Below are positions 1-14,400 of a DNA stretch of 64,000 nucleotides, piece after piece. Within the stretch, counting starts at the first letter, position 1, and every line of letters begins with the position of its first letter. A model generated the notes under the pieces. The model did no database searches. It saw only the letters and a list, made by a program, of their open reading frames with translations, and had not been told where the DNA came from. The stretch is from positions 3,038,001-3,102,000 of the forward strand of contig CM030335.1 in the NCBI GenBank assembly GCA_017654855.1, written 5' to 3'. Position numbers and translations under genes: made by a program. The stretch comes from Podospora anserina. Lineage: Eukaryota.

Positions 1-589
1 GAGAGTATATGGTAGGTGTGAGCTCAGACTGAACAAACCGACTCAGCTTACAGCCAATGTTATTCAGAAAAGCAGACAAATTGAACCCAAACTTTAAAAA
101 AGATGGAATGAAAATATAAATCAAGACTTTGTCCGCTATATATCCGCGCCAGCTTCCTTGGTGACTCAGAAACCGGATCTCTCACCCACTCACAACCCCA
201 CCTCCGCTTTATGCCAATCCCCCGGACCGGTGACGGAATCACTGCTTCTGGAGCCCCCGCCAGTGTCGGATCCGACCTACGTGTAGTACCCATGACACCC
301 GCGCTCACACGTGGCATGGTGCCTCGACTCTGACTGATCTGTTCCACGGACAGCTTTGATAGGGTGCAACTGGTTCTCATCCACATTATTACGTCAGCGC
401 TTCACCCATTTAACTATGTAGCAGACATGGGACACTTCAGAGGTCACTCGCAACAGAGAAACAAAACCATCTAGGTACTCAAATGTCGGTTTTCACACCT
501 CATTACTCATAGTTAAAGCTATCTATGTATCAGGGTCCCGTCTCCCCGCCTGCCAACCGATCCGCTACATCTCATAGTCATATCCTGTC

Positions 590-3028
590 TCACAAATCAA
601 TCAAGCTCTCTTCCACTACTGGCTGCTTAGGCGCATGCTGAGGAGCGGCCGGGAAAGACTCTTGGTTGTAGCCCGGATACGTCTGACTGGGCTGATGTTG
701 CCAAACAGGCGGAAGCGCAGTTTGCTGAGCAGCCGGATGCTGCCAGTATGGTTGCTGTGGTTGGGGCGGTGGAGCTTGATGTTGCTGCTGTGGCTGCGAT
801 GGCTGAGCGGGAGCCGAGGCGGGAGTCTGTGGGAGTGAGGGCTGGTATGAAGAATGCATTGGCTGGGCCAAGTTGGGATACGGCGACGCTGCCGGATCAG
901 GGGCAGAAGGAGCGGGCTGTTGCCCTTGTTGTTGTGGCTGCTGTGAATTGAAATAGAAGGAAGCATGTGGGTCGGCCGTAGGGGTGGTCCCAACAGAGTC
1001 TCCCGTGCTGGGTGCAGCGAGCTGAGCTTGAGGTGCCTGTTGCTGCGCAACCTCGGTGGGATAGCTAGGCTGCTGAGCATATTGTGACGGGGGCGCAGAC
1101 GGTGCTGCTGCCCAGCTTCCCGTCCTTTGCGGCACTTGCTGTGGGGCATATTGGCTATTGGGAGGTATTGCTACCGATTCTCGTCTGTCGTAGGGAGGAG
1201 CGTACTGGGTTGGAGGTTGAGGTGTTGGCTGTGGGTAAGAGGGATGGCCCACCGGCCTCCCGTACTCTTGCGGCTGTTGTTCGCCAGTATAAAAGTGCTC
1301 GGCTGGCCCAACCGAGGCTGAGACGCTCCCTGGAAGGGACGGGTATGGTCCCGCGGGCTGACGGGGTGGGGGAAGACTGTAGCCACCAATGCTGTGTTGG
1401 CTGTAGGTTTTGGATAGGCGCTCCTCAAGCATACGGTCGTAGTACCGCACCACGGTCGAAAGCTTGGCATGTAAGTCAAGCAGAGTGTCTTGTAGTGGGT
1501 TAGCAGGGGACACTTGGGATGGATCGGGATACTTGACATACCATGCTTGCTCATGGTTTCTCCATAAGTTCGGGCTAGCTTTGGCCGGAGTGTGCCGATG
1601 CTGTCGTACAGCTCCTGAATCTGTGGTTCTCGGAGAATGGTTCCCGGCGGTTGCGTCTGCAATCGGTCAACCAGCGTGGCAAACAAGTTGATATTCTCCG
1701 CCTCCACAGGCGTGAGCTCGTAGTCATTCTTGGGGAGCGCCAGCGGTGCTGTTGATGAAGACGCGCCGACATTTGTTGTTTGTTCTTTCAAGACTGCGGC
1801 GTGCCTCTTCTTTTGCTCCTCCATATCTGCCAACGAGGCGGCGATGGCTGCTTTGAGATCTTCATCATCATCCTCAAACGCCTTGGTCGCCGATACTTGC
1901 TCACCCGACTTTGGTTTGCTCGCTTGCGTTCCGTTGCTTGCCGGAGGAACATAGGCACGGTTGTGGTTCTGAACCTCCTCCAAACTCATGGCAAGGGCCT
2001 TTTTGAGATCCTCATCGAATCCATCGTCAACACGAGCATTACGCGGTTGCATGCTCGAGCTCTTGTTCTTGTGGGGAAACGACGAGTACAACGAGGAGCG
2101 GTCGTTACCAGAGCCGCTCCCCTTCGAAGGGGTTGATTTGTCTGTGAGTTTTGCGTAGCAGCCATCATCGACACGGACGGCTTGGAGGATGCCAAGATGG
2201 GGTAGGGGGAGCGTCTTGCTTGAGCACTGCTGGTCGAAGCAGTTTCCGCAGTTTCGACAATGGTGTTTTCGGTTGGTAAAGGTAAAGTTGGTTCGACATC
2301 GCATGCACACATCGGAATCGACCCACTCGGGGGGCTGTATCAGATGTCAGTTTGGGTGCAGAGAGTAGAGCTTGCCCGCACATAGGAGACATACCGCACT
2401 GCTGTCAATCATGCTGCTGGCGACGGTGACGCGAGGGGGGAACTGGAACCCTTCTCTCTGAAGGTTTCGATAGACCTCTCCAATGTATGACAAATCGTAG
2501 CGCCCCTCGGTGGCCGTGGCCCATGACTGAATAAGCTCGAGTATCTTTGCGCGCACGTCCGCATTGACGGCAGCCGGTCCAACCGCCTTGAGCAGCGAAA
2601 CCATGCTTTCCATAAACTCTCTCGAGGCAATCTCGGCCAGGAAATGGGCGCCTCCATTTTTAACACACGTATCGGTGAGCTACGCGTAGACGTCTGGTCA
2701 GCTATGCGTTTACCAAACAGATGCCCAAACCAGCCCTTACACTGAGCGCACTGAGTTGCGTATTGGGGTTCTTGTTGCTGATGCGCTTCTTGAGCGAGCG
2801 CATCGCCTCCTTGGGCTGCACCGTCTTGGATCGAATCACGTCGGAGATTTCGAGGTTTAGAGCGATATCCTCGCTGCGGACACACTGTTGTTAGCACATG
2901 GCTCTGTCGCACAACCAACAGCGGGGACAGCGGGGAGCATGACGCAACACCTACAGACTGCTGCTTGTCGCCTTCTCTACCTGCTCGTCCAGGGCAGTGT
3001 TTGCCCCGGAAGACCACCACCCCATCAT
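590..3028 (-). CDS. VPS27: Vacuolar protein sorting protein 27 (ESCRT-0; VHS-FYVE-2xUIM-GAT plus P/Q-rich tail), spliced
   Basis: ATG at 3028 ([25 protein letters not shown]); intron 2954-2874 (GTAGGT..GCTAAC..CAG), then [20 protein letters not shown] motif RKHHCRNCG, UIMs [12 protein letters not shown] and [13 protein letters not shown]-terminal clathrin-box-like ESLIDL. Further short introns near 2740, 2390 and 1540 join the ORF-track pieces. Confidence 0.96.
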
Positions 3029-4045
3029 CGTGAGAGATTCTCTATGGAATTGAGGTAGGGAAGCTGGCGCGACAACCTGGAATTCGTTGGCAGTGGGCTC
3101 TCTCTCGGGAGGCTGGGGCGGGGAGATGTCGGCGGCGTCTTCGGTAGGAAGTAGGACAATAAACCTGGCAGATAGTCCAAAGGGTCGAACGATGGCAAGT
3201 AAAGTATTTGTGCCAGTCAAGATCTGCGCACTGGCCAGACAGGAGGTGCGAACGTGTGTTCGTGATGGGTGGATGATGGATTATGCATGGGTTGTTTGCT
3301 GGATGTCTCTGCCTGCCTGTTGGTTACGTATGGGCCGCCCCCAGGAGCTCGCCTTGCCAAGCGAAACAGTGGACTACCTACACCTGTCAGCCCGTGGCTT
3401 GGGACAGCCGCCCCGCCATCATTAGGTGTGGCTTGTGCCAGGCAGGCGGGCTTTGGAGACAAATAGTTCTAGGTACTTCTGAAGTTTCTAACTCCCATTG
3501 GCCACATGGGTGTGTTATGGTATCAAGAATTCAATGTATTCTCAGAGGAGGCCCCAAGACAGCTCGTTCCTTTATTTGAGAATTCAAGAGTGACGGGAGT
3601 GCGTGAAGCTGGTGTGGGGTATATCATGCCCCCCCAAGAACAGGCAGGGCGCCAAGAGCACTGCAAGTACCTCGACGACCGGGGAGCCGGGGTCTAAACG
3701 ACAGTGGGCTTCCACCATCTCAACGACCGCATTCGTCACAACTTCACGACACAACTGCCACGGGCGGGATCCCCCACCGCGCAAACAATGGATGGATGGA
3801 CAACCCTTTGATCTCGAGACAAAGAATGCGCTGCTTTCCGCCCAAGCTTCACTCCTCGCTTTTCGCCCTCGACCAGACTTGCCGCTCTTTCTTAACGACC
3901 TCATGCCCTCGACGACTGCTTACGACGACTTGATCCCCCACCCACGTATCTGCTTCTTCGCAACACGGTTCTCTCCCGTCTTTCGACTTCTCGAGTGTTC
4001 CAAAGCAAGACCAAGGTACAAGGTCCACCTTCCAACGTTCTCTCC

Positions 4046-7000
4046 ATGACAAGGGCTGTCACCATGATGGACCATGCAGGATCCTCGCGCGCGGGGCCAA
4101 CAAATGGTGGGCTTCCAAATGGAGGAGGAAATGGGACGAGAAGGCCGCTTCCACACATTGACGACATCACGTCGGTTGAAGTCGACCTCGACCCTCATGC
4201 TCCGATTGAGCGAGTGGTGCAAATGGCCGAAAACTATCTTCGACAGGCTGAATCATCAAAGACGTTTGGTCGTCCTGACCTTGCCCTCAAAGACTATATA
4301 CGGGCCAGTATCATTGTGTTGGATCTGATCAAGAAGAACAAAGGCTGGGTGTCGATGCAGAGGGATTCCAGGGCGCTTCATGACCGGTACACTCGTGTGT
4401 TAAGGCAGCTTGATGCTACGCATACCGAGTTCGAGAGGATCAAGATGGAAATCAAGGCAGACAATGCTAGGACTTGTGTCCAACCAACCGCCCAGAGGCA
4501 GAGTCGGAATGGGGGACATATGATTAACGGGAACGATTTCGAAAGGACAAACGGCGCAACAAATGGCACGTCATCGGACCAGAGTTTCTCCCCCTTGTCG
4601 CCTCCGAGAATGAAGCCGGTGGTGGGCCCTAAACCACAGGGTCTCCATGGCAATGCAATCTCCAAGCCCTCGGCCAAAGCGCAGGACCTGGCCCAACGGT
4701 TTGCGAATTTGAGGACAACCACAGTACAGACGACCCAAGACCCCCGCGTCCGAACCCAGCCGATCGTGTCACCAACAACGGCGGTAGCACCCGGCAGTCC
4801 ACCTCCATTGTTCTCGCAAACGTCTCTCGGCGGGTTACCGCGAATGCCAGATGCCATTTACAATCCACCCAGGGGCACCGTTTCGAAGGAGGCAGCCGCA
4901 CTGCCTTCCAGTACTCCCCGTGCCATGTTCTCTAGGACAGGTTCGGTGTCGTCCATCAACATTACCAAAGCCCCAAGACCGTCCATGGCAGGAGAGATAT
5001 TTTCGACAGCTCAAAGCTTCGACAGGCCGACATCAAACAAGAGAACAAAACTCTCATTACCCAACTTCTACGATGAAACGATATCCGTCAAGGATCTGCT
5101 CCAGTACCAGCAGGCAGGCTCCAAGGAGATATCAATATTAATAGTGGACATTAGGAGTCGTGAAGAATTTGACGAAGGTCACATTCTATCTCAGGCCACC
5201 ATATGCGTGGAGCCCGAGGTACTATCGAGACCGCACATCTCGGGCGAGGACATTGCCAATAGCATGGTACTGGCGCCCGCAAGTGAACAGCTTCTCTTTG
5301 AGAAACGGGCCGACTTTGATCTGGTGGTCTTTTATGATCAGGACTCGACCGCGGTTCCCGCAACACCATCAAACAGCATAGAGCACACCGTATTCAACTT
5401 TTTCGGCGCCCTCAGCTTTTATGACTTTGTCGGCGAAAGAGCTGCCAAATCACGGCCTAAACTGCTCGAAGGCGGGCTGGATGCATGGACGAGCATGGTT
5501 GGAAAGGCCAGCTTGCAGACATCATCAACCATCGATCCAACCGCGAAGCAGGCATCCACTGCCATGACCAGGTCATTCTTGAACCAAAAACAGAAGTATG
5601 CTGCACGACCCATCCAGAATCCCGAGGAAGCCAAACGCTGGGAAAAGCACATTTCCGATCCCGCATCCATAATACCCATCCGAACAACCGAAGACTTTCT
5701 CCGTCGCTACCCGCCGGTATCAGGACAGAAAGAGTCCATGGTTTCTTCGTCTGCGCCGTCGCCACCTAGCCAAAGTTTAGAAAGTCCCCTCTATGATCGA
5801 ATATCCCGCGATGAGAATTTCTACAGCTCCCTACCATCCCCACCGGCTCGTCCCGCCCCTGCGGTTCCTCGCCGTAGTCATAGCGGACTGTCAGATGAAC
5901 CTGTTCTAGCAAAGGCGGTCGGAATCGCCCCCGGCGCCGCAAGGCCCGAAGTGCGGAAAAATCGCACCGGTCTCTACAACCCAGGAGTTCATTGCTTTGC
6001 CAACAGCTCACTTCAGTCATTGTTTGCCACGCCTGGTTTCTGCAAAGAGGTATACGATGGATCGTGGAGGCACAACTACAAAGCTCCGAAAAAGCTGGAC
6101 GAAACCATTGACAACCCCCAACTCTTGATGAAATGTTTGGAAAATCTCTTCCAGTGGATCAACACCGGATCTTTCAAGTATATCCATGCCAAGACCTTCA
6201 TGGTACGTAAAACAGTTCAAGTGTGTTCAGCATCAGTCACTAACAGTGCGTGTAGCAATACATCCGTTACATCCACTCCAAATCAACCAGATCAAAAAAC
6301 GACGGGGATCTTTTCGGGGGGAACCGCCAACAGGACGCACAAGAGTTCTATAACTTCATCCTCACAACCATTGACGATGAGACAAACACTCGTCGAGATC
6401 GGGTGACAAACGTGCGAGACGAGTACACACCTAACGAAGGCACCGCTGTCCAAAACGCAGTAAAATTCTGGAACAACTACGTTGAAGGTCACAACTCTTT
6501 GGTGACCAAATACTTCCGTGGTGTGGATGTGTACATCAACACCTGCTCCAAGTGCAACCACCAGTTCCAAAAGTTTGAGGTCTCCGACATGCGAATCCTC
6601 AATTTCCCTGATGGCGCGTCAGATCCCATCAGCATGCTGAAGCTGCTTGAACAGAGCGCCGCGCCAGAGAAAATGGACGGCGCCAGATGTGAGAAATGCA
6701 ACTCGACAAAGCACCGCACTCGAGCCCGCAAGTTCGCCCGACTACCGGATCGGCTTGTCTTTTCCTTTCAGCGCAGCATTAATCAATTCGACAAGATGCA
6801 AAACATAGTACAGTTCCCGACCCAAGGGCTTGACGTGCGTCCTTATTTTGCCGGCGCGGCAAACGAACACGTCGACCCCCGCGATGAACACTACGAGGGT
6901 GACATGGTGTATGACCTCTATGCTGTGACGGTGCACATTGGCGAGACAACTACCTCGGGGCATTATATCGAGTACGTCAGGGATGATCGGAGCAGTGATC

Positions 7001-7161
7001 CGGAGAGCTGGTGGAAGTGCAATGATCGGGATGTCACGCCGCTCAAGGTCGGGCCGAAGAACCCCAGGAATCTTGAGCAGCTTTATGGGGATTCGGCGGC
7101 GAATGCTACGGCGTATTTGGTGTTTTATGAGAGGAGGGGGACAAGGAATCAAGATGTTTGA
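4046..7161 (+). CDS. DOA4: Ubiquitin C-terminal hydrolase of the Doa4/Ubp4/USP8 type (N-terminal helical domain, rhodanese domain, USP domain)
   Basis: Rhodanese-like ILIVDIRSREEFDEGHI...LEGGLDAW; Cys box GLYNPGVHCFANSSLQ; intron 6203-6255 (GTACGT..CTAAC..TAG) restores QQDAQEF; His box GHYIEYV, then WWKCND and AYLVFY. Start is 4046 or the MM six codons later. Confidence 0.93.
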
Positions 7162-7828
7162 AGAGGAAGAGGAAGTTAGGGCAGGTGGCAGTGGCCCCTT
7201 TCTAATTCTGGAGCTTGGAAGAGGTTGGAAGACTGAACTAGATGATCAGGGTACTCAGGTTTGAGAAGGGTGGCGGGGGATAAATGGCGATGTATTTGGG
7301 TTTTGTGCTGTTTTTGGAAAGCATCAGGGTGGTTACCTAGATAGGTGATGGGTGGAGCATGGGTGGTTACTTGGCGGGTGGCTGTTTGTTGGTAGCAAAG
7401 GCGTGGGAGGGTTGTTGTTTAGTTGCTAGTGATACCAATCGAAAATCTGATGGTTTCTGTTCCCATAATCAACGACAGCATACTTCACTTCAAGTTTCTT
7501 CATCTTGAATCAATGGATCCTCGTTACAGTTGACTTCCACGGCTTTCTTCCATTTAATGCTTTTGACAACACAAATTGTCCACAAGTTATAACTAGACGT
7601 TCAAAACTTACAAAGTCCCTCAATAGAACCAGGGCAATATTCATATCCTCAAATCCATTGCTTCCAACCATGACGCATTATTCTTCAGGTAAAGTAATTC
7701 CATTGATTAATCCTAACTAACATCAAATATCAAATAAACATGCACTCCAAAACTCCATAGCAATGTCCTCCCAGCATGCACATCGGCTTGAAAACCAACA
7801 AAAGACAAGAGAACGCCCCGTTCATCAC

Positions 7829-10042
7829 TCATTTGTTCCCCACAACCTCCTCAATCTGCTTCTTGTACCTCTCCCTAACCGCCCGCCTGTTGACCTTTTG
7901 CGTCGCCGTCACAAGACCCTACACCTCATCATTAGCCATCCGTTCTCTTTTCGTACTCTGTCAAAAGGAAAAAACTCACATTATTCGGCGTCCACTCATC
8001 ATCCACAACCACAACCCCCGCCACCGTCTCCATCGAGCTCAACCCATTCTTCCTCGCCACCCCCTGCAAGCTCTTGAGCACCGCATCCCTCACCTTCTTG
8101 TCGCGGTGCATATCCGCCTCACCAACCCCCAACTCCTTCGCCTTCTCCGCCAGCGCCTTGTCATTCGCCAATACAACCGCAATCGGCCTCGGGCTCCCGC
8201 TGTCCCCATGCACCATGATGTTCTGCACATACGCGGCACCCCTATACACCGCCTCGAGCTTCTCCAGCGCAATGTACTCCCCTCCCTGCAGCTTGACCAG
8301 GTTCTTCAACCGGTCAATCACCCTCACATGTCCATCCGGGTCAAACTGCCCGATATCTCCCGTCCTAAACCACCCATCCTCTGTGACAGCCTTGGCGGTT
8401 TCCTCCGGGTTCTCAAAATACTCCTTGAGAACCGGCTTCCCCCTAAGCAAGATCTCTCCCTGGGGCGGATTGGTAGGGTGATCAACCACATAATCCAGCT
8501 CGGGCAAGCTCACAAGCTTCATCTCCACCGCAGCAGGAACAGGCCCGATCGCCCCCGTCGTCCACTGCAACGGGCACCCAAGTGCTCCATTCCCGCACGT
8601 CTCGGTGAGCCCATACCCATTCATCATCGGCGCCACAACCAAACTCATAAACTTTTGCGTACCGGTGGCTATCCCACTCGCTCCATTGACGATGAACCTC
8701 AGTCTGCCTCCTGTCATAACCCGGACTTGGTCAAAGACGAGCTTGTCCAAAATGCCTTGACCAGGTAACCCAGTCCTGACCATCAAGTCCTTGAGCGCAT
8801 ACGCCCCCCAAAACAGGTTCTTCATGATAGCCCCACCACTGTTGACCTTTCCTTCTACTCCCTTCCGGACGGTCTCCCAGATTTGGGGGACACCAACCAT
8901 GACCGTCGGTCGGAAAGCTCTCATGTCTCCGTAGCAGTTCCTCATGCTTTGATCGGACAGCGTCCGTGGGCTGCCGTACCCCAGAGTAGCCCCAACAAAT
9001 ATGGCAAGATTCTCCAACACCAACTCAAAGATATGCGCCAGAGGGAGATAAGCAAGAACATACTCCTTTTGTGAGACACTCTCCTCCATGACAGAAAACA
9101 ACCCCGCCACCGCAGCAACAAACCCCCCATGACTAACTGGTACTCCCTTTGGTGGTCCGGTGCTGCCAGAGGTGTACATGATGCAGTAGACCTCTTCCGG
9201 ATCCTTTGGCGGGTTCGCCTCGACGGGGTTATCCTGCCCCAGCTGCCGCAGTTCCTCAAAGCTCAACACCTTGAGATCTGGATGGGCAGATTTGAAAGAG
9301 TCAATCTCAGAGTCGGGGACTGGTTGGTGCGAGTTGTTGTTGTAGATCAAGAATTTAATCTGATCACCAGCTGCTTCGAGCGGTTTCTTCGCTGTCTTGA
9401 GAAGGTGAGGGTCGATGAAGATAGCAGAGGCTTTTGACTGCAGCAGTGAGTGCTCTACTCCCGACGGGCCCAAGGTGTCGTACGCGGTGACGATGGTGAG
9501 GGATTGGGAGGAGCAGGCGTGGGAGAGAGTTAGCCATTCGGGACTATTTTCACTGTTAATACCTTCCAGCATCATGTTATTACGGAGTGAACCTACCTGG
9601 TGGCAGCAAAAATATGCACCCTCTCCTTCTCCTTTAAACCCAGCTTCACCAACCCTGCTCCCACCTCGAGAGCCTGCTTAAAGTACTCCCCGTAGGTCAA
9701 ATACCCATAGTCGCTCAGCTCGAAAAAGGTCCATTCCTTGTCCACCAGCTCCTCTTTTCCGTCGATCACTTTGGGGATTTTCTTGTTCTCTTTGTGGACT
9801 TTGATGAGCTTTCTGCTACCGATGGCCGGTTCGTCTGGGTAGAGCTTTGCCGAGCGCTTCAACAGGTCGAAGGTAGTATTAACATCCGGGGCGGGGCGCT
9901 CGAGGAGGCCATCGCGGGCTTTGGGATGACGACGGGGGATGGTCTCGTTGGGAACTTGAGGGTGGTTTGGCACCGGGATTGTGTAAGGCGGGTGTTGGAC
10001 CTTCCTGAGGGGGATCGGGGAGGTGTTGTAGGAGGTGGGCAT
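7829..10042 (-). CDS. FAA1: Long-chain fatty acid-CoA ligase (Faa1/Faa4 type)
   Basis: AMP-binding motif YTSGSTGPPKG, GYGLTE, GWFRTGDIG, IDRLKNLVKLQGGEYIALEKLE. Introns 9596-9544 (GTAGGT..TAG) and about 7979-7919 (GTGAGT..GCTAAT..TAG); last exon GLVTATQKVNRR... ends in TGA at 7829-7831. Confidence 0.93.
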
Positions 10043-11467
10043 TTTGAGTTGTTACCCTGTGTAGGGAGAGGTACAGGGTGAGATGTAATAGGTTCGCAGG
10101 TAGGCGAAGAAGGCAGACAGCGGTCGTCTGAACTGCGTCGTGTAACCGGCAAGCTGTCAAACTTGCGAGTCGAAGCTTGTCAGAGCTAGTTTGCTCCAAG
10201 TTGGTCGAAAACACCTCTGCAAGTCCGTTGGTTAACTAGCCAAACTGGCGGAATCCGGAGAACCTAAAAGCTCGTTTCTTGTCCTTACCAAACGCCCCAA
10301 TCTCCAAAGCTTGTGGTATCGATACCTCGGCTTTCAATAAAGTTGACTTGTGTAAGTCGGCCAAACTGTGGCTTGCATATACGGCGAGGCTGCTTTTGGT
10401 AGCGTGACCTGGGGGGCCGTGTAAGACAATCGGCTTGTAATTGGACGGTTGGTTACGTTCGTCAAAGAAAAGTATGGTATGCCAAGGAGGCGTTTTGAAT
10501 TTTGTTGAGAAGGAACACAGGTGAAGCTTTTAGGATGTGTCAAAGAAAAGAAGCTGCCGGGTTGAGATGCCTCGGTTCAGGGTCATGGGAGCAGTTTCAA
10601 CTCGGGGAGCTGGCTGTTTTGAGGTGTCCAGCGCAAGCGAGCTCGTCTCCATTTTTATTGTTTCAATGCCTTGATCGGTTGTTTTCCACAGGGTCGTACA
10701 CAATGACCTCAACGATTTTTGAGCCGCGCGCTCCTTCTAAAGGCCCCAAGCAGCTGAGGTGGGTGATGACGGCACATGACAGGCCACACAGGGGGGTTCC
10801 CCCACTGTGTCGGAACTTGCCTTGCCAAGGTGCGCTAGAACCCCACCTGGTCCAAGCTCCCTTTGTCCACAGATGACGTCGGTCGAGTTCAGCCGCGCGG
10901 TTCTCGGGTTGAACCGTTTCTGATGTTGATTGAAGGTATTCCCAGCATACTATGCAAAAAGCTTTTCTCGATCTAATAACCTTCATGGGAAATGTTTTGC
11001 CTGGTGAAGAATGCTGAAATGACCCTGATTGCTTCAGCCCTATGAGCACGCCAATGTGGGGTGTAAGGAACAGGGTCGAACGATGTCCCCACCACACGAT
11101 GTCATCGATTGTTTGCTGGGAAAGGTTCATGAGGTTGCGGTTTACATCAGGTCAGCTGGAAAGTCGCATTCACCGAATAGATAAGAGAAGCACTCATAGA
11201 ACAGATGAAAGAGAAGGAAAATCAGGGTGGTATCTATTTTCTGCCGAGATGCCGGTAAAGTAAAGGGGCGCACTGTTAAGAATTTCGAACATCAGGCCAT
11301 TTGAAGTCCTGCGATATACCTCATTACTCTGTCGACAAGGTGGAGAATTTCATAAGGATCCAGGTGCAGTCTGGCCCTCAATCAGCTCCATGGTTTTGTG
11401 GTATGAGATGCGAAAAATATTCGTACATGGGAGCCGTACATCGTACTTCACCCCAAGAGGAGCCTAC

Positions 11468-14400
11468 TCATTCTTCGTCGCTTTCCAGCTCCTCATCAGT
11501 GCTGGCTACCTCCTCCTGGGCCTCATGCCATTCCTCCGCGGTGTCAGTCTCCTCGTTTATCTCATTGTCGTAAAACAAAACCGCCTTGTCGCCATACTTT
11601 TCCACAAGCAACTCGTCAAATTGCTTGTAAACCTCTGAATAGTCCTCTTGATCTGGCTTGTCATCAAAGCTAGGCCAATATCTCCAAGGTGAAGTCCGCA
11701 TGTCCACCTGACAAACATCCACTCGTTCCTTCGATCGCTTCAGTTGCAGCATCCCACATCTGTCCTTGATTTGAAGAACCACGACCCAATAAATTTCATA
11801 TGGCCAATCCCACCCCATTGCGCTCATATATTCCATCAGAGGCTTCAAGCATTTCGTTGCCGCATCGCCATCCCTCCGAGCCAGTGCCTCCATCACTTCC
11901 TCCAAAAACCCGAGCTCCTTTTGCAGGCACCTGTCTCTCACCTCACTGTACAACAGTGCAAACTCATGAGCTTCGACTACTGAGGGCCGCCGCCACCCCG
12001 TATCGGAAAGCTCAGAGTCGGTGAACGTCATGCAATCTCGAAGGCAATGCCACGCGGTCCAGGATTGGTTCCCCACCCCAAGAACCCAGCTGACTTCCAC
12101 GTTCTGGCTTCGTAAGTACTGTAGTGTACTGGCATTGGAATAGACAGCGGCGATGTGGAGGATGTTCCCCTGTTTGTATACTACATCCAGTCGAGCCCCA
12201 GCTTCAACCAAAAGTCGCAGACATGTGAGGTTGCCTTGTCGCAGAGCCACGAGTGCAGCTGTCCTCCCAGAATCATCACGAGCTTCGAGATCCACTCCAA
12301 AGCGGCCCTGAAAAAGAAAGGCCAAGATCAAGCTGAGACTCCGTGCTTCGACTTGAGGATTCCCAGCTAATATTATTAGAGGCGAGCGTATGTGAAGATC
12401 CCTTGTCAAGGCATTCACCAGCCAAGGATGCTGCAGCGCCGTAATTTTAAGAATCTCTTCTCGTCTATCCCAATCGTGGTGGACTATACTTACAAATAAA
12501 TAGTGAATGGCAAGAAACCTCCGTTGTTGTAAATACCAACATCGCAGTTTGCATCGAGGAGGATCCCCACGCATTCTTTGCACAAAACAAGCATAGCTTT
12601 ATGCAGTGCAGTATTGCCGCTAATTTCGTTGATGTAATTGATGTTTGCCCCATGGCAGATCAAAGCTTTCATAGCGACATGTGCGTGTGCACCTACCGCT
12701 GTGTCGAACGGTGTTAAGCCACAAGAGTCTGGCATGTTGATAGCATCCTGGTGCGCTATTATAAGAGAATGAACGTCGTCAGTAGTGTGGATTGCATTGT
12801 GTAATGGCCATGAAACAACATCATCTGTTTCTCCCGACAGAATCATGATTTCTTCGAACAGTGCTTCACGGGTGGAGGTAATACGTGTGGAAGTAAAATC
12901 TGTCGAGGGAGGATAGAAGCCACGGCTTCGAACAAGATGAATTACTTTTATGCTGGATCTTTGCATGCATTAGTTACCAAAACAACGGTACGTATTGCGA
13001 GATGAAGCATAAGGTAGGGATGGCAACTGAACGGAGGTTCATCGCTCACTTTGGAAGTCCGGTAGTTGGAAAAAGTCGTTCCCAGTAATTTACCAAAGTT
13101 TGCAATTCTAGATCTCCCAAAAATATCAACGCCACGTAGAATTAAGTAACGCAGTGGTTAACAACATTCCGATGTAGAGTAACACCACGAAAAGGCACTC
13201 ACATTCATCATAGGCTCGCCAAACGTAGGCACATGGTCACTTGGGTAATATAGAGCACCAGCTTCTGAGTGTATTTCAAGTCGCTGGAAGTCCATTTCCC
13301 CATACAAGAAATCCACAAGTTCCCCATAATAAGGAGCTTGGCGTGAAATTAAAAGATGTAAATGTGCACCATAGCCGCCCATGCTCCCAATCGACATTCT
13401 GAAGCCACGATAATAGTGATAAAGCCATGAAGAAAAGTTGCACTCAAAGCTTGTTGACGAACGTGAACGTTGACAGCCCGGGCGATCGCATTTCCATGGT
13501 TTTGTAATGGCGCTGATGTCGTACTCGAGCATGAAGGAACCGATAGCTGACCTTAGCCATGAGGAAGACCGCGCCTGCTTCCTCGAGGTATGACATCGGC
13601 AACTGCAATCCCGTGTGCATTGCTCAGCAGCCCTCAACAAGACAGTTATCAGGCCAATCTGAGCACACCCCTCCGGGAGGCTTTGTGACGTGGGTGTATG
13701 AACTAATATCTCGGTAGATGCGGAGTCTGCATCGCCATTTGCTGACGCTTCTGGGACGATAGTTGGGTTTGAAGCGTGGCTCTGTAACAGCTTTGCTATC
13801 CCGGAATGATTATGAATAGTCACTGCCCGTATTTCGAGCATGATTTTATGGTGTTGTTTCCTGGCAGCTTCAAAATCAGTTTCGCTGAAAGGATAGTAGT
13901 AATGAGAGCCTGGAAAACGCTCACTCAGGTTCCTCCATCGATATAGTTAAAGCGGCAAGTTGAAGTTGTAGGTGAATAGTTCGGGCACGCTCACAGAGAT
14001 GTGTCACCTATTTCTTTTTCCACATCCATTTCGCATGCTTGACATCTGTCCCACCAAAGCAGCTGTCGTGGAGGCTTTGGAGATCGGAGACCAGGACTTG
14101 AAGCTCCAGAGTTGCTTTTTTCAGGTCTGAAAAATCATCGGAAGATGCGGACCAGGTCCCGTCCTCTGATTGACCTGAGCTTGGACCCGGAGACGAGGAA
14201 TTTGCGTCGAATCTCTTTAACAGTCTTTCAATCTTTGCGAGGATCACCCGTAATGTTTCCAGCTAACACCCGGTTAGGACGAGCGTTCTTCATAGTGGGT
14301 GTCAAATGATGATGGCCATACCTCATTCAGCAGAAACGCAAGTTCACCCCTAGCCTCTGTAATAGCACGCAATGCCAGGTGGCTTGCATGCATGGGCTCC

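Noticed and set aside
163-386. Minus-strand box C/D-like snoRNA (TGGATGA...CTGA) with 9-nt complementarity to 5.8S rRNA (CGGATCTCT), and the 108-aa ORF 60-386
   Set aside because: The guide is short and not adjacent to box D, and about 220 nt is long for this class; more simply VPS27 3' flank. The ORF has no recognisable features.
7776-8768. 330-aa plus-strand ORF
   Set aside because: Antisense shadow of the acyl-CoA synthetase; low-complexity H/L/P/R composition.
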